Origin: Gemmatimonadota bacterium
GTDB taxonomy: Bacteria > Latescibacterota > UBA2968 > GCA-2709665
DNA length: 64,000 nt
NCBI GenBank assembly: GCA_002709665.1
Contig: PAQK01000029.1
Location: 31,874-95,873 of the forward strand
Direction of reading: 5' to 3'
The position numbers and the translations under genes are program-made. The notes beneath the pieces were generated by a model. That model did no database searches. It worked only from the letters and a program-made list of their open reading frames with translations, and was not told the origin of the DNA. Within the stretch, counting starts at the first letter, position 1. Each line of letters begins with the position of its first letter. Of the stretch, positions 8,055 through 16,553 are shown one piece after another.

Positions 8055-10904
8055 GTGACAATGCGTAGGATCGTGATAGGTATCGTGTTCCTGACAACAC
8101 TTGTTGTTCTGATCAATTGCCCTCTTTGGGCGCAGAGTACCGGCAAGATTACCGGCACGGTAGCCGATTCTACGAACGGCGAAACGCTACCAAGTGCCAA
8201 CCTGTATGTCGAAGGGACCTCTGCAGGAGCAACAACAGATCTCGAGGGCGGATACTGGATTTCCAATGTCCCGATAGGCAAACAGGTGGTAGTCGCGAGT
8301 TATATCGGATACGAATCCAAGCGTGTCGAGGTGCTCATACATCCCGGTAGTGCGCTGGACCTTGATTTAAAACTGACCATGAAAGCTCTGGAGGGAGACG
8401 AAATCGTCGTTACGGCTCAACTCCAGGGACAGGCGGCAGCCATCAACCAGCAGATTGCCTCCAATACGATTGTAAGTGTGGTTTCTGCGGAGAAGATTCG
8501 GGAGCTACCCGACCAGAACGCAGCTGAGTCAGTAGGGAGACTACCCGGCGTGTCCGTCCAGCGGGAGGCAGGCGAAGGAACGAAGGTTGTGGTGAGGGGG
8601 CTCGCCCCAAAGTTCAATTCGATTACAGTTAACGGTGAACGCATTCCCTCAACGGACGAGCAGGACCGTTCCGTCGATCTTAGCATGATTTCACCCGACG
8701 CGCTTGGCGGGATAGAGGTCTTCAAGGCACTGACACCAGACAAAGATGGCGATGCAGTGGGAGGTACGGTAAATCTGGTGGTACGACGAGCTCCAAAGGA
8801 TCTCCAATTCAATGTGAGAACCCAGACAGGATACAACAACCACGAGAGCGACTTCGGACAGTTCAAGGGAAGTTTTGGGCTCAGCAATCGATTTGGCGAA
8901 GACGAGAGACTTGGTGCAGTTTTTACTGGAAATTTTCAAAGAGCGAACAGGAGTTCTGATGAACTGAACGCCGGGTATTCGTTCATTCGTGAAGCGAGAG
9001 AAGGAGAGGATCGAGCGGTTATAGGGGTGAACAACCTCAATCTCGTGGATCGGCTGGAAACACGCAACCGTTTTGGGGCCAGTCTTACCCTGGACCGGGA
9101 CTTACCCGGGGGAAGCCTGCTTTTCAATAGTTTCTGGAGCGAAACGCGCAGAGATGAGCTGCGGCGTAGAAAGCGCTATCGGCTGGGTGCTGCTAGGACC
9201 GAATATGAAATACGAGATCGTCAGGTGAATACCCGGTTATTGACCGGCGCAGTCAGCGGGCACCACACGGCCAGCCGAATTCAGGTCGACTGGCGTGCAT
9301 CACTGTCGAAAACGACTCAGGACATCCCGTTTTCACATACGGGTACTTTCCGGGAGCTGGCAGCATTTCACGGGAATACGGATGAGAACAGCGGTCCCGA
9401 TGCCATCCCGGCAGGCGCCAAGAACAGGGTGGATCTGACCTTTTTCAAAAATGCGAACTATGACAGTCTGGATGTGGAGGATCGCAATCTTACTGCACAA
9501 GTCGACTTCAAGGTGCCATTTGGGCTGAGCGATGGCGTTTCCGGTCATCTGAAGGCAGGTCTCAAATATAGAAACAAGAGACGAAACCGGGACATTACTC
9601 GCTGGCGGACATCCGCTTTTGGGATAAATGGTATCGGTGCGGAAAATCCCGGTCTGTTCGAAGTGGATCGAGAACAGCGGATCTTGATTTCCAATTACAT
9701 CGATTCCAGCTCAACGCTTGCCGATGACTATTTGAATGACCGGTTCGTATTTGGGCCCATCATTGACGTTGATAAGGTCAACCAATTCGGCATAGAATGG
9801 CGTCATAAGTACTCTCTTGCAGAGGAATTCGAGCTTGAGGACTACAAGGCAGGAGAGAGGATTTTCTCGCACTATGTCCTGGCGGAGGTCAACCTTGGCA
9901 AACGGCTACTGTTTATGCCGGGGGTTCGCTTTGAGAAGACTTCTACCGACTATAAGAGCATATTCGGTACACCACTTGGAAGTGATGAAGGTGGCAGCGG
10001 GCTTTTTAATGTGGTGGATACGACTGGAGGAAGAAATTATCTCGAGGCACTGCCGATGTTCCACCTCAGGGTCCACCTGACCTCGTGGTTTGACATTAGG
10101 CTGGCAGCTACCGAATCTCTGTCAAGGCCAAACTATTTCAATCTGGTACCTTGGGAAAGGATTAGCCATTTCTCGACAACCGTTGAGGCCGGCAACCCAG
10201 ATCTCAAGCATACGAATGCACTAAACTATGACGCTTTCCTCTCCTTCTATGGCAACCGAGGCCTCTTGACGTTGGGAGGATTTCATAAGACACTGAAAAA
10301 TATCGACTATATCAGGACCACACGGATACAGGAACCCGGCAGAACATTGGGTTATCAATTGACCTCACCCGTGAATTCGGAGAGGAACACCAGGGTCAGG
10401 GGTTTTGAGATAGAGTTGCAGACCAACTTGAAAACCCTGCCAAGTCCGTGGGACGGCGTGGTGCTCCACTTAAACTACTCTCACATTTCGTCACAGACAT
10501 TCTATCCGCTCTTCCTGATCGGTCCTCGGAGTCCCAATCCTCCCTTCAGGCCCACGATCATAGACACGGTTCGCGAAGGTCGAATGCCCGGACAGGCTGA
10601 CGACATAGCGAACATAGCTATTGGATATGAGAAGGGTGGCTTTTCGGCCAGATACTCCTTCGTTTACCAGGGCAAGGCCCTACGGCAGGTGGGCAACAGG
10701 CAGGAATTAGATGGTTTTTTCGACACATTTCTGCGGCAGGATCTGGCCATTCAACAGAAAGTCACCGACCGTGTGAGTCTTTTTTTAAACGCGAACAACG
10801 TAAGCAACGTCTCGGAAGGCGCATTCATCGGAATCCAGTCCTTCCCCACAAGGGAGGAACTTTTTGGCTGGACGAGTGATCTGGGGGTCCGAATAAAATT
10901 CTAA
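8055..10904 (+). CDS. TonB-dependent outer-membrane receptor with N-terminal carboxypeptidase-regulatory-like domain
   Basis: Signal peptide, then TGKITGTVADSTNGETLPSANLYVEG...GYWISNVPIG (CarbopepD_reg-like). Plug region follows (IRELPDQNAAESVGRLPGVSVQ...VVVRGL), then a long beta-barrel ending in an aromatic C-terminal residue (...GVRIKF). Confidence 0.85.
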   Translation: MTMRRIVIGIVFLTTLVVLINCPLWAQSTGKITGTVADSTNGETLPSANLYVEGTSAGATTDLEGGYWISNVPIGKQVVVASYIGYESKRVEVLIHPGSALDLDLKLTMKALEGDEIVVTAQLQGQAAAINQQIASNTIVSVVSAEKIRELPDQNAAESVGRLPGVSVQREAGEGTKVVVRGLAPKFNSITVNGERIPSTDEQDRSVDLSMISPDALGGIEVFKALTPDKDGDAVGGTVNLVVRRAPKDLQFNVRTQTGYNNHESDFGQFKGSFGLSNRFGEDERLGAVFTGNFQRANRSSDELNAGYSFIREAREGEDRAVIGVNNLNLVDRLETRNRFGASLTLDRDLPGGSLLFNSFWSETRRDELRRRKRYRLGAARTEYEIRDRQVNTRLLTGAVSGHHTASRIQVDWRASLSKTTQDIPFSHTGTFRELAAFHGNTDENSGPDAIPAGAKNRVDLTFFKNANYDSLDVEDRNLTAQVDFKVPFGLSDGVSGHLKAGLKYRNKRRNRDITRWRTSAFGINGIGAENPGLFEVDREQRILISNYIDSSSTLADDYLNDRFVFGPIIDVDKVNQFGIEWRHKYSLAEEFELEDYKAGERIFSHYVLAEVNLGKRLLFMPGVRFEKTSTDYKSIFGTPLGSDEGGSGLFNVVDTTGGRNYLEALPMFHLRVHLTSWFDIRLAATESLSRPNYFNLVPWERISHFSTTVEAGNPDLKHTNALNYDAFLSFYGNRGLLTLGGFHKTLKNIDYIRTTRIQEPGRTLGYQLTSPVNSERNTRVRGFEIELQTNLKTLPSPWDGVVLHLNYSHISSQTFYPLFLIGPRSPNPPFRPTIIDTVREGRMPGQADDIANIAIGYEKGGFSARYSFVYQGKALRQVGNRQELDGFFDTFLRQDLAIQQKVTDRVSLFLNANNVSNVSEGAFIGIQSFPTREELFGWTSDLGVRIKF

Positions 10905-10957
10905 GCGAACAGAATTTGGTCAATAAATCATCTTGGGAGGGGAGAAAAAAAAGGTGC

Positions 10958-10986
10958 TTGCATCTGGTCAAGGGTCGTATTATTTT
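10958..10986 (+). promoter_or_regulatory. Candidate sigma70-like promoter for the beta-helix/cohesin gene
   Basis: TTGCAT (10958-10963), 17-nt spacer, TATTTT (10981-10986), about 70 nt upstream of ATG 11055. Sequence pattern only. Confidence 0.3.
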
Positions 10987-11054
10987 ACCAAAACTTCGTG
11001 GAAAAAATAGCAGTAAGGGGAAATAGTTACCTACTAACCTGGTGGAGGTAGAGT

Positions 11055-13781
11055 ATGAAAAGCGGTTTAAGGGGTTTCACGTGGTCGATCATTGTGCTGC
11101 TGGTATTTGGTGTGGCAGGGGGAGCGTTCGCTGAGCGAACGGTTGTGGTCGAACAGGGGTTTGGTACGTTGAATGAGGCCGTGGATGGCGATACGACAGC
11201 ATCGGGAGAACGCGTCGACCTGAACACGGTTTACGTCCTCGCAAGTGGTGGCACCTATCTATTGAACGGTTCGATCGAAAACAGATTCCCACTCACGATT
11301 GTGGCTGAGGATGGGGCAACAGTTCGACCCAAGCTTATTCCAGGGGTTCCAACAGGTGGATCGTCTAGCCGGGCCTTCCGCGCTAGGGCAGACATTACCC
11401 TCCGCGGTCTTTACATCACGAACGAGGATGAACTCGGGGCACTAAAAACGCGAATCATCCGGATCAGTGCCGACAATGTTCGTGCGGTGATCGATGACTG
11501 TCATCTGGATAAGGACGGGCAGTCGGGATTCCGATTGGACAACGACGGTAACCGAATCTTCATCACCAATTCGATCATCAGCAATATCGGGAAAGTTTCG
11601 AGTCCTAATAACGGTAGAGGTATCGATGATCGAGGGAACGACATCGACACATTGGTTATCAGCAACACGACAATCTACAATCTGACGAGCACCGTGTTGC
11701 GAGATGGCGGCGGTGGTATCATCAACTATTTCGATTTCAACCACAATACCGTAGTCAATACAGGTATGCAGGCAATCGAGATCGGTGAAGTTGTCGAGGC
11801 CCATGTAACCAACAACATTTTCATCAACGGGGTTTATTTCGGCACGGGTCCACAGGGAGGATCGGAGATTACCGAAGGCTACCATATCCTGGTCTATGAA
11901 CTGAACGCAGATCTGGTAGCTGAGGGGGTCACTCAGACGGTCAATATCAGGCACAACAACTTCTACACGGATCCCGCGGTGATTGCCACCTGGCCCGATT
12001 ATGTAAATGAGAGCATATCGGAAGGGGACGTCCGTCCCCTGTTCAATGAAGTCGCCCAAGCTGCCGTAGATGCCTCCGGCAAAGGCGACACCAACATTTC
12101 CGAGGCTGTGGCTTTCGTGAATGGTGCGCCGTCACCGGTCGCCCACCTTGAAGCTTGGTATGCGGGTCAGCCGGGTGGGATCCCAATTGCGACTTCTGTT
12201 GAGACCGCTTTGCCCTTCGACAACTCCAGCGCCCCCTTCGATTTCGCCTACTCCGGTGGCGAGTCCGCCACGCACTCCACAGGTGGACAGCCCCTCGGCT
12301 CGCTCATTTGGCACAATATGGAGATCGCCGACAGCGATCGTGGACTGGACGACAAGATGCTTCCGGGAGATGGTGACGGCGACGGTGACAGTGATGGCGG
12401 CGACATTACGTTGACGCCCGCAGCCGGCTCCGGCGAGTGGACATTGGATCTCGACGAAACCGTGGGTGACCAGGAAGTTCGGGAGAAGAGTGTAAAGGCT
12501 GGTGACGAGGTCATCATCGAGATGATCAACAACGAGTCGATCAGTCCCGCTCTGGGTGGTGCGTTCACGTTCACCTATGACGCCACCAAGGTTACTCCCA
12601 ACGCCAGTGCAATATCCGGAATCGCCTCCCCACTGGGGGCACCGAGCATTGGCGACGGAACGATCAGCTTTACTCTGGCCGGTTTGTCAGGTGTTGCTGT
12701 CACGGACGGGCACGTTGGGCAGATAGGATTCACAGTGGGTGAAGGTTTCGATGCAGACACCGAAATCACGCTCACAAAGGCTGAAATCGGTGATGCCACA
12801 ACATATGCCAATGTCGCGTCCGAGCCGGGCGCCTCGGTGGTCCTTCGGGCTGCAGCTGCAAACATCTCCGAAGCTACGCCAGACCTTGATGGTGACGGAG
12901 TTGTAGGTTTCCCTGACTTCATCAAATTCGCACAGGCGTTCGGGTCGAAGACGGATGACGACAAATTTAACGCAGGCGCAGACCTGGACTCCAACGGCGC
13001 CGTTGAGTTTAGAGATTTTGTTCTGTTTGCACAAAACTACGGCAAGAACATCGAAGACGTGGTTCTGCCATCATCCAAGATCGTTGGTCCGGGCCTCAGC
13101 AGCGCAAGTGGCCTGACCCTGATCCCTGGTTTTGGGCAGCCAGGACTGGTGACCCTAACAGTCCGTGTTACGGATGCGGTGAACGTTTCCGGCTATAGCC
13201 TGACGGTCCAATACGATGCGTCGACACTGGCCTGGGTGGGTGCTGAAGGTTTGGCACCCTCTAAATTTGCCGATCAGGACGAGGTCGCCCTTCAGGTCGC
13301 AGATGGCCCAGGGCAGGTTGTTCTGTCCGATATCACAGGCTCCGCAGTACAGGGAGATGGGGATCTGGTGCAGCTCCAGTTCCAGGTATTGGATCAGGTG
13401 CGCGCAGGACGCGTAGAGATCGTGTCGGCGCTGGTGTCGGATCCTTCAGGCAATGTTTCCGAACTCCTTGGTGCACACGTGGCCGAGATCAGGATGATGC
13501 CTGAGATTTACGTCCTGGGCGATAACTACCCGAATCCTTTCAACCCGGAGACCGTGGTTCCTTTTGCCATTCCGGAAAAAGGGGACGTCAGGGTAGCAGT
13601 CTATAATCTGCTTGGTCAGGAGATTGCAGTATTGGCCAGTGGACGCCTCGAGGCCGGTTTCCACAGGGTGACCTGGAACGGCAACGACGCAGCCGGAAAC
13701 GCCATGTCCACAGGAATTTATTTTGTGAGAATGGTGGCCAATGGATTCACAGACGTTAACAAGGTGATGCTGCTGAAGTAA
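11055..13781 (+). CDS. Secreted multidomain protein: right-handed beta-helix (pectate-lyase fold), cohesin, dockerin, cohesin, and a FlgD-Ig/T9SS-type C-terminal domain
   Basis: Signal peptide, then beta-helix repeats (NSIISNIG, ISNTTIYN, NHNTVVN, VTNNIFIN). GDGDGDGDSDGG linker. Cohesin-like blocks (GGAFTFTYDATKV; VSGYSLTVQYDASTL). Duplicated EF-hand dockerin segments (DLDGDGVVGFPDFIKFAQAFG / DLDSNGAVEFRDFVLFAQNYG). C-terminus NYPNPFNPETVVPF...GIYFVRMVANGFTDVNKVMLLK. Confidence 0.8.
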   Translation: MKSGLRGFTWSIIVLLVFGVAGGAFAERTVVVEQGFGTLNEAVDGDTTASGERVDLNTVYVLASGGTYLLNGSIENRFPLTIVAEDGATVRPKLIPGVPTGGSSSRAFRARADITLRGLYITNEDELGALKTRIIRISADNVRAVIDDCHLDKDGQSGFRLDNDGNRIFITNSIISNIGKVSSPNNGRGIDDRGNDIDTLVISNTTIYNLTSTVLRDGGGGIINYFDFNHNTVVNTGMQAIEIGEVVEAHVTNNIFINGVYFGTGPQGGSEITEGYHILVYELNADLVAEGVTQTVNIRHNNFYTDPAVIATWPDYVNESISEGDVRPLFNEVAQAAVDASGKGDTNISEAVAFVNGAPSPVAHLEAWYAGQPGGIPIATSVETALPFDNSSAPFDFAYSGGESATHSTGGQPLGSLIWHNMEIADSDRGLDDKMLPGDGDGDGDSDGGDITLTPAAGSGEWTLDLDETVGDQEVREKSVKAGDEVIIEMINNESISPALGGAFTFTYDATKVTPNASAISGIASPLGAPSIGDGTISFTLAGLSGVAVTDGHVGQIGFTVGEGFDADTEITLTKAEIGDATTYANVASEPGASVVLRAAAANISEATPDLDGDGVVGFPDFIKFAQAFGSKTDDDKFNAGADLDSNGAVEFRDFVLFAQNYGKNIEDVVLPSSKIVGPGLSSASGLTLIPGFGQPGLVTLTVRVTDAVNVSGYSLTVQYDASTLAWVGAEGLAPSKFADQDEVALQVADGPGQVVLSDITGSAVQGDGDLVQLQFQVLDQVRAGRVEIVSALVSDPSGNVSELLGAHVAEIRMMPEIYVLGDNYPNPFNPETVVPFAIPEKGDVRVAVYNLLGQEIAVLASGRLEAGFHRVTWNGNDAAGNAMSTGIYFVRMVANGFTDVNKVMLLK

Positions 13782-13802
13782 TCACTAGATTGGCTGATAT
13801 GG

Positions 13803-13837
13803 ACGCCCCGGGGGATCGCCTCCGGGGCGTTTCTTTT
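13803..13837 (+). terminator. Rho-independent terminator
   Basis: 9-bp GC-rich stem ACGCCCCGG / CCGGGGCGT with a 10-nt loop, followed by TTCTTTT. Confidence 0.6.
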
Positions 13838-13860
13838 GGCACTGAGAGGATGGGAGAAAC

Positions 13861-14943
13861 GTGCTGAAGAAACTGCCGAGCGAGAAGAAGGTCTATATCG
13901 ATGAAGAGACCGGGAGGGAGGTCTGGCAGATGACTGGCGGCGAGGCCGTGAGTCACAGCTGTTACCAGGAGGTGGAGGCGTTTACGGACGATGAGCGGTT
14001 CGTGGTCTTCAGCTCGAATCGGAGAGGGACCTTCCAGTTATTCCGGGCGGAGCTGGATGGTGGAGAGCTAGCCCAGCTGAGTGATGTGAAGGACTATGGG
14101 AGTATCTCGTTCGGTATGGCGAGAAATGGGTGCGAGGCCTTCTATACTGCCGGATGGCAAATCTATGGTGTGGATGTGGCGACGGGAGAGGATCGTGTGG
14201 TGGTGGACCTGAAAGGAAAAATTCCGAATTCCCCCAACAACTCAGCTGCCATTGCGCTGTCGGCGAACGGAGATCGCTGTCTTGTGAGTTTCCGTCGAGG
14301 AGACGGCTCATCCACCCTTTCAATGGTGACGATCGAAACGGGCGACCTCGAAGAGCTTGTTCCGTGGAACGACCATCTAACACATGGCCAGTTCTGCCCG
14401 GGGAATGACCGGCTGGTGACCTTTGACCCTAAACCGGACAACCAGAACGATATGGATCGGCCCATGGAAGAACGTGTGAGAACTCTCAAGGTGGATACGG
14501 AGACGAAAGAGGTTACGCCGATACTTATTCCGCCATACGGCTTCAGAGCAACACACGAGTATTGGGATTACAGGGGAGATCGCCTGTTTTTTCACCGGAA
14601 GACAGTACCTGTAGGGGGGCCTACCGCCATCTGCTCGGTGAACCGAGATGGGCAGGATATGCGGGAACACTTTGTGAGCGATCGGAAGTTCGGACATTCC
14701 TCAATAGATCGGGAGGGAAAGTTCATCGTCTCAGATGTCCAGGCGGATACAACCAAAAACGAGATGTATCGATTGGATCTGGATACGGGAGAAGCTGATC
14801 TGCTTTGCTGGCCCAATACAAGCGCCATTCAGGATCAGACGATCCACGTGCATCCGTCAATCTCCGCCAGGGGAAATTATGTCGACTTCACCTCCGACCG
14901 CTGTGGCACCTCTGATCTCTACATTCATCCCCTGAACCAGTAA
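13861..14943 (+). CDS. Oligogalacturonide lyase-like protein (PL22 family beta-propeller)
   Basis: GTG start. The N-terminus YIDEETGREVWQMTGGEAVSHSCYQEVEAFTDDERFVVFSS parallels Ogl (..tG..VtRLT......hrNYFyqkcFt.DG.kiif). HEYWDYRGDRLFF and C-terminal HVHPSISARGNYVDFTSDRCGTSDLYIHPL parallel Ogl HEFW.. and HPHPSFTPDDKQILFTSD...LYLAKI. Confidence 0.6.
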   Translation: MLKKLPSEKKVYIDEETGREVWQMTGGEAVSHSCYQEVEAFTDDERFVVFSSNRRGTFQLFRAELDGGELAQLSDVKDYGSISFGMARNGCEAFYTAGWQIYGVDVATGEDRVVVDLKGKIPNSPNNSAAIALSANGDRCLVSFRRGDGSSTLSMVTIETGDLEELVPWNDHLTHGQFCPGNDRLVTFDPKPDNQNDMDRPMEERVRTLKVDTETKEVTPILIPPYGFRATHEYWDYRGDRLFFHRKTVPVGGPTAICSVNRDGQDMREHFVSDRKFGHSSIDREGKFIVSDVQADTTKNEMYRLDLDTGEADLLCWPNTSAIQDQTIHVHPSISARGNYVDFTSDRCGTSDLYIHPLNQ

Positions 14944-15346
14944 TCATCCGGCTGATACGGTTCTTTCCACCTTGACCTTGTCTCCTACACGAATCGCGCC
15001 ACCTTCTTCAACATTGCACGTTACTCCTGCCCTCCAGAATGGCTCCAGTGCCTAGGTGAGGCCCTGCTTCTGTTCGTCTATCCTGGGACACGGCAGGGTT
15101 TCCCCGGTGATTTCCAGCACGGTGTCGCCAATCCTGATCAAATTACCGGTGCTTTCCATTAAGTCGAGTTCATCCACAAGAAGGTTCGCACCAGGCTTCT
15201 TTCACCAACACGGTTACCTGACGCCCCTCCACGCCCCCTCTGAATTCCTGCCCAACCCCCTTTTTCACGGTTATTTTGACTTGCTCAACCGTCTCCATTG
15301 GTGCACGTGAGGCATTTCTAAAGGCTATACCCAGCAACGAAGCCAT
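14944..15346 (-). pseudogene. MOSC-domain protein remnant (one frameshift plus one in-frame TAG)
   Basis: Frame 1: MASLLGIAFRNASRAPMETVEQVKITVKKGVGQEFRGGVEGRQVTVLVKEAW, then stop at 15170. Shifted frame: KKPGANLLVDELDLMESTGNLIRIGDTVLEITGETLPCPRIDEQKQGLT*ALEPFWRAGVTCNVEEGGAIRVGDKVKVERTVSAG. TAG at 15052-15054. Together the two pieces give a complete small MOSC domain. Confidence 0.6.
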
Positions 15347-15632
15347 TGTGATCTCCTTTGATTCGGGGTTGGGTTCATCTGTGTTTGATGCCTGAAGAGA
15401 GGTTGAGCTAGGAGGGTGGACAAAGGTATTTCGTTGCCGTTTTATACACCATCCGAATTTTCGAGGGCTCTGATCAGATTTCTGAGATATACGTGCTCTC
15501 GAGATTACCAGAGCAAATGCATCGTATTCATGATTTAAGCGGCTGAGGCTGGCCCGAGTCTTGGGATTGAATCCGGTGGCAACCAGGAGGTAAGGATGCT
15601 TGTCATTCACGTTTTCGATGGGAGATAGAACG

Positions 15633-16361
15633 ATGAGATACTTGATGCTTGCAGGTGCATTCGTGGTGCTGGCCGGATGCGGGAGTGGGGTGATGGTCTC
15701 AATGGTTACAACGCAGGAGAGTCTCAGCCGCACTGTGGACGAAAGCAATGCTAGGGATTATTTGCCGCTGGAAATCGGCATGACCTGGTCGTTTGGTGAT
15801 CGGGGTCTCCCTGTCCAAATAGGGAATCCTATTCAGACGACTGCCGGATCTGCGTACTCGGTTGAGGGATTCTTCCACCAGGAGCGCATGGTCAGGAAGA
15901 CGGATGACAACAAGGTTATGGAACTGGCGGGAGACCGGTGGAGACTTCTTGTCAATTTCGATGCTCCTGAGAAGGCATCCTAGATAATCGTCCCGTCGAA
16001 AAAGGGCGCCGGGTTTCTGCGTGGCGCCACGGTGACGGTGGTAAGCAGAAGCGAGGCCGTGAACGCTCCGTATGGTCGCTACGAAGGGAGCATCCACTTT
16101 GCCATACAGCCACCTGAAGGTTTGATGGATGCCGGTGTGACCGATATGTGGTTTGTCCCTAATATAGGACTTGTCAAATGGTCGTCCGTGTGGATTGACG
16201 GGGTGCACTCCTTCGAGTTGTCGAATCTGTGCTCCTTCACACCGTCGATCCCCAAGATGCCGGACACGAGTTCTGGATCCTTCAGTGGAAGGATTTTGGA
16301 GATCACACAGGCCACTCAGGCAGACCGGGACAGGGGATGGACCGAGCGAGGCTTACGTTGA
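15633..16361 (+). pseudogene. Lipoprotein of unknown function interrupted by a single in-frame TAG
   Basis: ATG at 15633 with GGGAGA upstream. Lipobox MRYLMLAGAFVVLAGC. Track ORFs 15600-15983 and 16032-16361 are in the same frame, separated only by TAG 15981-15983 (...NFDAPEKAS*IIVPSKKGAGFLRGATVTVVSRSEAVNAPYGRY...WFVPNIGLVKW). Confidence 0.55.
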
Positions 16362-16553
16362 AAGATGATTCCCTGATTCTGGCTCAGTAAGGCACAAGCA
16401 GGCTGGAGGTCGCTTTCAGGGCACTGTCGATCGGGCAGAAGGTGGAAGGAAGGATTTCAGGTCCGGTAATGGAATCCTATCCCATACAGGCAAATGCCTC
16501 GGGAATCATGATTCTCTCAGAGTAAGAAATCTAATGATAGATGGTGTCGCGAA

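Noticed and set aside
15170-15748. 192-aa reverse-strand ORF as a real gene
   Set aside because: Only its last 58 codons, from the ATG at 15346, are MOSC-like. The upstream part has no motif, overlaps the start of the plus-strand lipoprotein gene, and is best read as non-coding DNA fused in frame.
16440-16480. SRP-RNA-like string TCAGGTCCGGTAATGGAA (16440-16480), and an RNase P-like CCGGCTTAC at about 56250
   Set aside because: Only short partial matches to the conserved cores were found. The remaining universally conserved segments (for example GAGGAAAGTCCGGGC for RNase P and the GGAAGCAGCC region for SRP RNA) are absent.
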